NCBI RefSeq assembly: GCF_963921235.1
Contig: NC_086119.1
Coordinates: 24,242,001 to 24,306,000, forward strand
Direction: 5' to 3'
DNA length: 64,000 bases
Source: Mobula hypostoma
Taxonomy: Eukaryota
Shown: in pieces, positions 51,319 to 62,310 of the stretch
How the letters are laid out: each line of letters opens with the position of its first letter
Position numbering within the stretch: the stretch's first letter is position 1
Position numbers and translations under genes: made by a program
The notes under the pieces: generated by a model
Databases searched by the model: none
Seen by the model: the letters and a program-made list of their open reading frames with translations, nothing else
Told to the model about the DNA's origin: nothing

Positions 51319-52659
51319 CATAATAGTCCATGGTGTGCCCTACTGTGGATAATTGTAAAGAAAATATATTTATTTGCCACATATCAAACTGAGACCAGTT
51401 TGTCAACATGGAGTTATTCTTCCATACTGAGTCCTATTTGCACAGAAAGGACTTTGTTTTGATAGTTCACATATACAGTACATACATTCTATCTTCAGGG
51501 TATGTGTAAATGAAAGCTAGAAAGGATAATTTACGTGGCGATTAATGCAAACATAAAATGGAAGCCAAAACAGTCTTGCGTTGTATCACATCTTTTTTTG
51601 GCCTCAAGACAAGAGCTTTACAGCCATTGAAATACTTCCTTTTAAAGTTTGATCATGTCTGCACTGTCACAAATATATTAGCCAAAAACATATTGCCACA
51701 AACAGCAGTGTGCTAAATATCCAAATGATCTTCTTAGTATGATTATATATTCAGGAACAAATATTTCCCAGATCACTGGAGAGAAATGTCCAAACTTCTT
51801 TGAATCAATGCCATGAGAACCTTTTATTTCCATCTTAGTTGGTAGGTCGGACCTTGATCTGACATCTTACCTGAAAGGTGACTTCCCCTGACAATGCTGA
51901 GCTCTGTCAGTGCTGCATCCTAAGAGACAGGAGGTTTGAAGTCTGATTACAGAATAAAAACTAAAATCCCAGGAAATTAAGTAGAGTGGTAGATCTTGAC
52001 AAGGATGTCCTTTTTAAAGTCTGGTAATTCCTTTAGTTGCTTGCTAAAATTCATGTTCGAAAATTGCTTCGAGGTTGACTTTTTTCCCTCTATTCCAGAA
52101 GCTTACCCCACAGTCTATAGTTCCTCCTCAGGTGAGTGGCAAATCATAAAATAGCATAATGGTGCAACTGGTTTGTGGAGAACCCAGCAAAGACTGTTTT
52201 AGGTTTTCGTGACTTCCATGGTCTGCAGAAGGCACAAACCTCTTGCAGATCTCTGGCCACAACTAGAAGAAATGAGTCAATACATAACTGGAAGATCCAG
52301 TTAACCAGCATTACTGAGGTGTCCTTCCTATTGCCCCTCCCCCCCATTTAATTGATGTTTAATCACTTGTGATTAACAAAGGGTTTTAGAAATAATGGTG
52401 AGCTCTAACTGAAGCTGTAATCTGCCCATTCTGCATAATTCTGACACATGTAAAAGGGCCTGAGGCATGTAATAAGAATTGGCGGGAGCAGATTGGGAAG
52501 GGAAAACTAAAAGTGGGTCTGTAGAAAAAGATGTTCTCTGCCAATAACTGGGACGAATATGATTATCAGGTACAATGTGCTCTTAGAGATGCTGTAATTG
52601 GTGTAGGATTGGCCTGTTCTCACTCCTCTGCCATGGTAACACCTACAACATCTGGTTTA

Positions 52660-53460
52660 TCTGGGGATCCAAGATGAAGCATGTCCAACAGACTGCAATG
52701 CACAAGTATCTAGAGATTGGGAGCAGAAGTGTACCTAACATTGCCCTCATACCGATGACCACCTTTGTGCATGGCTGCATCAGGGACAGTATGGATCTAA
52801 ATATGGGGGTGGGGCGTCATGAAAGATATGCCTGGTCCCATTCAGCTGGATACTGCAGCACTAGCTGTCCTTTGTGAAAGTTTCAAGTAATCTCCTTTGA
52901 CCACAAGTCCATTAGGTAGTGGTCAACATGGAATGACCTATAGAAACTGTGGGACAGAGGCACTATCAATATGGTGGGATGGCTCCCGTTGCTAGATCTC
53001 ATCAACAAGCACTATAACCTCACTTGGCTGGTGATGTAATGGGCCCTCTGTGTCAGATCCTTCCTGTCCAGAGGACATAGTATCATTGCCAGCAAACAGA
53101 ACCCTCAGGAAAGCTGTGGTAGTGAAGAGACAGTCACTCACCTTTTGCAGGCTATGGATTTGCAAAGTGTGTGGAGACAAATGCAAGGGCCCATGGTCCA
53201 GTTCATTCCTGGCAGCTGCGTAACAGAGAACTTACTGATCAATGGGCTCTTTCAAAGAACACAGGTTGAGACAGACATCAAATGCTACTGGAAGGTCATC
53301 AAGTTGGTGAAGGCCTTTGGTCAGGGAAAACTTGTTGGTTTTTCTGCATGGTGGGATGTCTACAAAGGAATGTTGTAGCTTAAGGTGCAGGAGTACAAGC
53401 TAAGTGATACACTGAAGCTTGATGCAGCCAATGCTCAGTGCAGTGTACACTGTGTGGAAG
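52660..53460 (+). mobile_element. Degenerate L1/Tx1-like LINE C-terminal region
   Basis: CCHC-finger-like remnant (CGSEETVTHL...FA..VW) at ~53115-53175; frames disrupted. Confidence 0.5.
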
Positions 53461-54819
53461 GGCCACAGACGAGGCTCCTATGACTATGGCATATGGAGGG
53501 AAAGAGTTGGGTGGGAATGTCCCTCAAACAATGAGAAAGGTGTACTACTCTGTCGTCTCAAAAGTGGCATGGTGTTTGTTTGTCCTTCACAAAAATATTA
53601 ATTTAACACTACTGAGTGCATCAACCATAAAAGTGTAAGTTCTTTGCCCTGCTTCTTCCTTTGTATAGTCTTATTATGGATAAATTCTATTTATTAGATA
53701 AAAATAATTCTGTCACATGTGCTCAAAAGCCCTCACCATCATGGCACTGGACTTGACTTGCCCCACAAGTGCATTTGTGCGTGAGACATCTGCCACTTTA
53801 CTGACAAAGTGACACCCACATCATCTGAAAAGCAGGTGCTATAGCATTAAATTTTGCACTGACCACGTTTCTAGGTTTATTTTGCAGATAAGATGTCAGA
53901 CCAAGGTTCTGACTGCTTACTAAAGTGGTAGTAAAAATTTTCCTTGGATTTGTTTAAAAGAAGAACTGGAGATTATGCATTTGGTCCTAAATCAATATTG
54001 CAAGATTTGGTTATTTAGTATTTATGGTTAACTGTGGCCTGGCCACTTATGCCCAGCAGTTGAAAGAAGGAAAGGAATTTTGAGGGGACAGGATCCGCTC
54101 TTGCTGACCTTCTTGTAGAGGATGATCTCTGTTGTAACTTTACATCTCCCAAACATGACCCCCTCTGAAAGACATCTCTACCCATCTCCCTTACCTCTCC
54201 AGTACCATAGGGCTGTGCATTTGAATCCTATCCTGAGGATTGGGTGCCTGAGACTTCTGTTAAGTGATAATACCAAGTCCTCCCTCCCCACACACCCCAC
54301 CTCCACCCAGTGATGGGATTCAGAGTCATCTCTGGAACTATTTCTTTCTCCCACACCGCCCCAGAGGTTGTTGTTTGGATCGACCTGGACCTATATCCTG
54401 CTCTTGAGTCCATCCCCGCTGGATTTCTGAGCAAAGAATACGCCAAGGTCCTGAGTAAAATACGTAACCAAGTGCAGGGTTACCATGGATTCCCATCTGA
54501 AATTATTGGTTCCACCTTCTTACTTAACAGTCTCTGCCTGGTTTGTTCACATTACAAAATAAAATGGAAAATATACTGAATAACAGATCAGGTTTTTAGC
54601 AGATCAGGCTTTGCATTTAATCTTTACATGTCTCACATCTGTGCTTTATTAACTCCCTCCTATTTATGATACCAACATTAACATACAGACCAGGGAACCT
54701 AGAGATGGGCTGTCATCTTTGACTTGAGAAATAGCTTTGGAGCTCTACTTTTTGGATTTGCACTGCCCCTCCCCCCCCCCATTTCACTATTAATGTAGGT
54801 AGAAGGAGCACACAATATT

Positions 54820-55118
54820 GGGGCACCACTGAGATGCGGTGGTTAGCACAACGCTCTACAGTACCAGTGACTCAGGTTCAATTCCCACCACTGCCTGTAA
54901 GGAGTTTGTACGTTCTCGTGTGACATGTGTATCCTCTGGGTGCTCCGGTTTCCTCCCTTCATCCAAAGATTTACCAGTTGGTTGGTTAATTGCTCATTGT
55001 AAACTGTCCCGCGATTAGGCTAGGGTTAAATTGGGGGTTGATGCGTGGTGCTGCTTGGAAGGTCGGGAGGGCTTGTTGTGAGCTGTATTTCAATCAGTCA
55101 ATCAATAAATAGATAAAA
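54820..55118 (+). mobile_element. Full-length V-SINE
   Basis: B-box GGTTCAATTCCC, V-core GGGTGCTCCGGTTTCCTCCC, A-rich tail. Confidence 0.75.
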
Positions 55119-58100
55119 AATAGAGAAAGGAAAACGGGGCAGGAAGGAGGTGGACAGGAAGTGGGGGGGGGGACAGGAAGAAAGGAAGAGTATATCTGAT
55201 ACCTAAATATAAAATGCTTTATTGGTTTCTGGTTGAAGCACTGCATGCAAAATTCTGCTAGGGAATGTGAGGCTACCTTAACATAGGACTATCTTTTACA
55301 ATCTCACTGATAAAGAAAATGTTACTGTTAAAAGCTGCAGCCATCACAATTGGAGAACAGTAGAGTGACATTCAGTTACAAAACAAGAAGAGAGAAAAAA
55401 TAAGAATAAATAGTAGATTGGAGTAAGTTTTTCTTTCTCCTATTTTTGCAATTGTTCTCGCTTTCAACAGAAATAATCACGCTGTTTGACAGAATCCCAC
55501 AAGCCAATCAGTGTATAAGGAGCTTGGGGAGAAGGAGACACTATAAACAATGAATGAAATCAGTCAGCTTGAAAGTAACTGCTTTATCACAGAGCACCAG
55601 ACCAGCCTATTAAGTGAACCAGATGATTAAACAAGGCTTCTGGATTAATAAGGTATGGCATACCCAGAAAATAACAAAATGTATGCTAAAAAAAATAATG
55701 TCACATTGTCAAGGATGGTGGATTATGGAAGGTCAAAACAACGTTAGTGTAGTGGGTATCAAACCTAGTGTTAGATGTCTGTTCGTCACAGCAGTACGAC
55801 CTGACCATTTCATGGTTTATCTCGCTATTTCTCATCAGATGCTGCTCCAAATCTTGGACAGTTCCTTCTAGTCTTCTCCTGGCCAATGGGTTTTGAAAGC
55901 AGGTCACTCTAGTCCTTAACTCAACCCGAACTGCATTTGTAAACAAAGAGTGACGGCTTTATTTGTAATTATGCTGTCTTTAAAGGGACAAGATGGGCTT
56001 AATGAGTTAATAAAGTGGCTGTCAGTCAAAGCGGTCGATTTGCATATTAGAACTCAGAACACTCAGACATGCAGATGATTCGGCAGAGTTTCAGCTCATG
56101 AATATTCCTAACTTGTCGTGGGGTAAAGCATGCTTGCCATAGCAACCGTTCTGCAGGTAGCATTGGTCCAGCTGCCCCTGGGGTCCCAGAAGGCTTGTAA
56201 GAAGTGAAGACTTGTGAGAGCAAGCATTTTGTCTCGGTACACTTGACAAAACAAAGACAACTCACTCTTTGGTTTCATGCCACATTTTTTATTCATAAAC
56301 AAGCTGTTGGCTGTAAAGACATGATAAAGCACAGACTGGGGCGAGACGTGCAAAGATTAAACGTAAAGCCTCATCTGCTAAAAATCCGATCTATTATTCA
56401 GTATATTTTCCACTTTTTCCCCTAATGTGTCTAAACTAGGCAGAGCCTGACAAGTGGTCTGTTGGAGTAGGAGGCTGATTGATGCAAAAAAAACGCCGTT
56501 AACCTAGAGAAAGAAATGAATGAAGTGTAGGAGAAAACAGACTGACTGAAGTTGTCACTTCCGTTTTGCTCAGATAAGATTCTGTAGTCACGTCAGTGTA
56601 ATGTGTATTGAGAAGAATGTTTCAGTAAATATCGTACCTGCAGCGACATGAAAATAAATTGCAAGGTAAAGCTGCCCTGTTCAAAATTTATGCTAGCTCC
56701 CAGTTCCTAGGACTGGCTTTGCTCTTGAGTTACACTTTGCTGATTTGGCTGAAGCCATCATCTGTAGCTCTGCCAATATTTTACCCCGGGAGAGAGATGG
56801 AATAGTTCCAAATCCCCACGCCATCTCCTATTCTCCCGCTGTCTATTTTGGCTAAGTACAGCTTTCTGGCTTTGTGATTCAATCAATGCAAGTCCAAATG
56901 TGTACAAGGAGAGCATAATTTTAATCTGTATTGACTGTTCACCTCTTTGTATGCCAATTTACATCGCAGACCATCTTCAACAAAATAGGCAATAATGCAT
57001 TTCAGTTAAGTTCTCTCGCATTAATCTATATATCATTAGGGTTCTTTTAAAGCGACCTACAGTGGATCTATATTGTGTATTAAAGGAATAATGTTCATTT
57101 TTGTTATAATTGAATTGAATTAATTTAACTATTTCCTTATGTCTAAGGTACAAAATATTCAACATTTTCTCTTTAAATTTGATCACAAAACCTAAATTAT
57201 ATGTAAAGAGATCAAAATAACACAAGAAAACTGTACATCATGAAGGACAGAAAATCCAGGCTTATGTTAGCAATGATTGTAAGAAATATTATTTATATTA
57301 AATATTATGTTAAACTGGAAAAGCTGCTGCACTGCGCAGTTCCAATCTCTTGACCTCAGAAGACCGGATCCAGTTGTACAAAAAAGCATCACAAACTAGG
57401 GTCTTCCTGACAACGCACAGCAGACGCAATGGCCATCCACTGTACTGAACGGAGACCCCAATCTGTAATGCTTGTTCCTACCACTAGACTTGGACCTCCG
57501 AGGTTGAGAGAGTGGAACTGCCCTCTGCAATGGCTTTTCCACTTTAAAGACTCTCCCGCACAGGCTTCCTGTCATCTTTGGACATGATGGGCAACCACCA
57601 TTATTTACAAGAAGTCATAAATGCCATTAGATATTTTAATAGAAAATCAAATTTAAGCTCTGTAAAAATTAAGGAGGCTGCTCAACTGCAATATTTTAAT
57701 GATTGGCTGAGGAAACTTTCATTTAACAGATTAAAAATGCTGGGATTTTCAGTGTATCAGCTAAATTTGGGATCAAAATGTTGATCAGTTGAGCAAAAAC
57801 GTGGAAGTGGAAGCATCTGGCTGCAAGATATTTCTACTATTGTAAAGCAATAAAACATGGAAATATAGAAGCTTTTGGTGGCCATCTTTCCAAATGGTAA
57901 TGTGCTGTACATATGCAGAATATGTAAAACTGTACAGCATGAACCATTTCCTTTAAGGGATAGTGGTTCCTAACACAAAAAGTTGAACTATTTCATGCTA
58001 GCAAAGTAAATCCAAAAATATCTGTTTTACACTGACTTAGAGATGGAAAATATGTTATGGGGTCACTGCTGACAGTTGAGGTTCTGGACATGTTCCATGT

Positions 58101-58224
58101 GGAACTAAAGACCATTGAAGGCAATCTTATACTTGGCTGAGCCATGGAGTGGTATTAGCAATGAAGGTTGTTATAACAGTGCTGTACTCCATTTTAAGTG
58201 AGAAGCCAACTGAGTTGGTATGAA

Positions 58225-58373
58225 CAAACAACAGGAATTCTGCAGATGCTGGAAATTCAAGCAATACACATAAAAGTTGCCGGTGAACGCAGCAGGGTCT
58301 TGGCCTGAAACGTCGACTGCACCTCTTCCTAGAGATGCTGCCTGGCCTGCTGCGTTCACCAGCAGCTTTTATG
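58225..58373 (+). mobile_element. Penelope-like terminal inverted fragment with 14-bp TSD
   Basis: TSD TGAGTTGGTATGAA (58211-58224 / 58374-58387); partial hammerhead (GGGTCTTGGCCTGAAACGTCGAC, no CUGANGA). Confidence 0.85.
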
Positions 58374-59676
58374 TGAGTTGGTATGAAGTAATGGAAAGAG
58401 ATGGGGCAAAAGACGAAAGAAACTTAAGTTGAATGAAACAAGTACTCCAAGAAGATTTGGCATTGTTGTTTTAATTTAGACTCACCATTTGTCTTTCAAA
58501 CAAAAGCACTGCTTATCTGCACTTGGCAGAGAAAAATTAGTTGATGTGTATAAATTTGCTGACAAAAAATATTTAAAGCAGTTGAACTCCCATTGGAGAG
58601 TAAGGTAACCATTTACACTGTATAAAACAAAGAATAGCAGTATTTTCCACAATGGTTATCTTAGAAATAGATAAATGACACAACAAGAAGACAGGGCATT
58701 CAGCCCAACCAATCAATGTCTGAGTTTAATAATGAAAGAAAATAGTTCTAATCACATTTATACATGTTGCCTCTTTGTTCCTTTTATATTTTTTTCTTTG
58801 AAAATTATAAACAACTGTGAACAGTGGAGATCTGAAATAAAAACAGAACATTCTGAAAACACTTAGCAGGTTAAGCAGCCTAAATTGAAAGAGAAACAGA
58901 GTTTATGCTTCAGGTTGAAATCCTTTTGCAGTTCTTGTTCCATGGAGGTATTGTCCAGCACTATATTGGTAAGGTAAATAATTACCTTACTCTCCAATGG
59001 GAATACTTTATATACATCAACTAATTTTTCTTTGCCAAGTGTAGATAATCCCGTAACAAGTGATTTCCATCTTTAAATTAATCTGAAACAAATATGATTG
59101 GATTTAATCTGACTATGTGGCATTTGACCGCAGTATTTTGTTTGTCTTTCCAAAGGTGCTGCCTGACCCGTTGAGTGTTTCCATTATTTTCACTTCATTT
59201 ATCTATTCAATTTGATCTCAAAGGTTATCTGTATCTGCCTCACCTACTAACAGAGGAAATTAGTTTCTCAGCCTCACAACAGAAGCAGAATCAGATTTAT
59301 TAGCACTGATTTACCTGATGTGAAATTTGTTGTTGTATGGCAACAGTACAATACAAAGATTTAAATTACAATAACTTAGAAAAATAGACAAATAGTGTAA
59401 AACAAAGGAATAATTAGCTACTTTTCATGAACCAGTCAGTAATTTGGTAGCGGAGGAGAAGTTGCTTCAGAATCATTGAGTGTAGATTTTTAGGTTCCTT
59501 TGCCTCCTCTCCGGTGTAAAGATGGTTTCTATACTCTTTATTATAAATTTCTAATGATGAATCCTTTTGACATGATGGCCTATTCCAAAACAGCCAAGGT
59601 TGTTGCTTTTCATTCTTTTCCTTCATTCTATATTTCTGCTGGCCTTTATCTATTGTTTTGTGATCTGTGTTCTAAT

Positions 59677-59847
59677 GGTTCCTAAGGTTGTCATAGCCGG
59701 GGGTGGTAGTGGGAATAAGCTCCCACTACCTATAAGGTGCTCCAAATGGCGTGTGTCACTAACAGCCTCTGACAACCAAGTCCAACTCTTGGCCTTCACA
59801 TGAGGCTTAGCTACTAGGCCCGGCGGAACTGTTTCTACTGACAAGAG
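59677..59847 (+). ncRNA. Candidate HDV-like ribozyme
   Basis: P1 GGTTCC/GGAACT, P2 CTCTTG/CAAGAG, P3 GCC/GGC, L3 TTCACAT plus an inserted hairpin, J4/2 CTGA. Manual fold only. Confidence 0.55.
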
Positions 59848-60283
59848 AAGGGGCAAAGGCGGACCACTGGCACCTCAAAACCAGTTGCTTCGGGCAGGTG
59901 GAGATTGTCAGCCTTGGACGGCAGCCCACTTAGGAGAAGGAAAACTCTGATTTTAAACCTCTGCTGCCTTGCAGCCATACCCACCTATGGGAAAGGCTTC
60001 AGGAATAAACCCCGAGGAAGAAATCCAGAGCAAAGGTCCCTAAGGCAATTCAATGTTGTTTACAACTTCACTTTGGCAACCTTTGCAACGACACTGGTGC
60101 CAAGCTGTATTAGTGCTTGCCCTTCCCTTGGACTCCATCAGTCATGTGGAGTGGGGGAAACCTGCTGCATGGGCAACAGCTGGTTCTTCAAATCTTCCAG
60201 CCCAAGCTTGCACCCTGGAGAGGACACAGTTCACTAGAAGTGCAAACCCTTTATCCCCTGGGATTGATGGCTGCCTACAATTC
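59677..60283 (+). mobile_element. ~600-bp non-autonomous RTE-like retroposon with a structured 5' end
   Basis: Imperfect TSD TGTTCTA(A/T)TGG (59668-59678 / 60284-60294); GGAGAAGGAAAACTCTGATTT motif of the kind seen in RTE 5' UTRs. Confidence 0.65.
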
Positions 60284-60359
60284 TGTTCTATTGGAATAAC
60301 TCACAATTATTCTTTATTTTATGTTTAGAGTTCTTCATAGAAGACATCACTCATGGAAA

Positions 60360-60740
60360 TTGGGTGGCGGGGTGGAGATACATCTCTACCAAAGGAGGTG
60401 TAAGGCGCTCCTTCCCTCTGCTAGTCTGCAGGTCACCCTTGGGCAAGGTGTAGCAACTGCTTAGCTCCCCCACTTCCTGATCAGGGTCATGTGAAGCCAT
60501 GGGAGCAGGTGATGGTTGGTCATACGAGCAGTTGTTGCATATCACAAGTCCTGGTTATGCGACCACTGATTCCAGGCGGACAATCTCTGAATGGTATTGA
60601 TAATGGCTGGGGTCACCCATCTTGTAAAGACAGTGCCCAGAAGAAGGTAATGACAATCCACTTCTGCATAAATATTTGCCAAGAACATTCATGGTCACGG
60701 ACAATGATCGCCCATGTCATAAGACACAGCACATAATAGC
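60360..60740 (+). mobile_element. ~380-bp RTE-tailed retroposon, copy 2 of the 3484 family
   Basis: Colinear with 3484-3855 and starts at the same TTGGGTGG; degenerate TSD ACTCATGGAAA / ACCCATGTAAA. Confidence 0.8.
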
Positions 60741-61387
60741 AGTGACCCATGTAAACGTGCATTACACGCTTCTAAAGTTCTGCTCCTTTTCTCAAAAACT
60801 GTGAAAGCTAACATGAAAAAAATTAAATGCGCATAATTTCTTCTTGCTTCAAAACTTAGAACTCAATTTCACTAACAAACCTGAAATGCCTCGGTGTTCC
60901 AAGAACCTGCAACCTCACCCTTTCTGCTGTTCAGTCTGAGTATGATTTTATTCTAAGTAGGATATGTCATCTAATAGTTAGTAACAGCTTGGTCGTTTTT
61001 GTGTTGATTGGTTGGGGATGTGTTAGATAATGAGGAGGATGTAGTATACTGCTCAGTGATGGGGGAGAAGTGTACATGTCCTTGATTATACTATCATCAG
61101 TGGGTACACGTGGGGCAGCATTCACCCTCATTTTCCTAACAATGATTGGAGATGCTCAGCAGAAGACAGAAATCTTTAATCTGCAAAATTTATGCTTTCT
61201 GAAAATAAGTTATTGATGTCTTTACCAGAGCACTCAAAATGAAGTCTTGCATTTATATAGCATCTTTCAACATACCCTTTTCAAAATGCCACAAAGTGCC
61301 TTGCAGTCTATAAAATAGTTTTGACGTGTAGTAATTGCTGTAGTTGTGCAGACCAAGCTCCTGCAGACAGATATGATGATGACCAGA

Positions 61388-61615
61388 GCCACCGACAAAA
61401 TGCTGGAAGAACTCAGTACAGGGAGTATCTATGGAGGAGAATAAAGAGTCGACGTTTCAGGCCTCGATCTTTCATCATGAATTCTGATGCAGGGTCGTGG
61501 CCAGAAAGACCGACTGTTTATTCTCCTCCATAGCTGCGGCCTGACCTGCTGAGTTCCTCCAGCATTTTGTGTGTGTTGCTCTGGATTTCTAGCATAAGCG
61601 GAATCTCTCGTGTTT
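61388..61615. mobile_element. Older Penelope-like palindromic terminal element with two decayed hammerhead cores in opposite orientation
   Basis: Arms CAAAATGCTGGAAGAACTCAG / CTGAGTTCCTCCAGCATTTTG; centre GTCGACGTTTCAGGCC..TCATCA and CTGATGCAGGGTCGTGGCCAGAAAG. Confidence 0.7.
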
Positions 61616-62003
61616 TTATGTTAATGATCAGCTGCCTAGTTTTGGGTAGAAGTTTTGATGGACGAATATTGGCCAGAATTCTGGGTTTTGCACCCCTTCT
61701 GGTCGTCACTGCAAAGAGAGCCTCAGGTTAACATTTCATTTGAAAAATGGGACCTTATGATAGTCTGCACTGTGATGGCAACCTGTGGCAGTACTGTGAT
61801 CGCAGGTTTTGCTGTCCAGTGGAATAGAGGGACAACATTATTTTACAGAAGATGATTTTGGCTTCTAGTGCTCAGTGATTTTGGATGATCTAGGTTGGGA
61901 ACCAGTCATACTATCGACAGAATTGTTTTCTGATAGAAGCACTGGGGAGAACTGTGAACATCACAGAAGTAGTAATGCTTTGGAGAGGGATTGCCCTTTT
62001 GTT

Positions 62004-62310
62004 AACACAAAAACCCTCATGGTTCCACCTCCTTCTACTCCCCATTGTGTTTTCCCCTATTCCTTCTTCACCTTTCCTGCCTATCACCTCCCTGCTTCCC
62101 CTCCCCCACCCCTTTATCTTTCCCCTTACTGGTTTTTCACCTGGAACCTGCCAGCCTTCTCCTTCCCACCCTCCCCCCACCTTCTTTATAGGGCCTCTGC
62201 CCCTTCCCCCTACAGTCCTGACGAAGGGTTCTGGCCCGAAACGTCGACTGATCGTTTCCACGGATGCTGCCTGACCTGCTGAGTTCCTCCAGCGTGTTGT
62301 GAGTGTTGCT
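62004..62310 (+). mobile_element. Penelope-like 3' terminal fragment with 13-bp TSD
   Basis: TSD TTGCCCTTTTGTT (61991-62003 / 62311-62323); pyrimidine-rich tract followed by the terminal repeat. Confidence 0.88.
62213..62250 (+). ncRNA. Minimal type-I hammerhead ribozyme motif
   Basis: CAGTC-CTGACGA-AGGGTTCTGGCCC-GAAAC-GTC-GACTG; 5-bp stem I and intact core. Confidence 0.78.
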
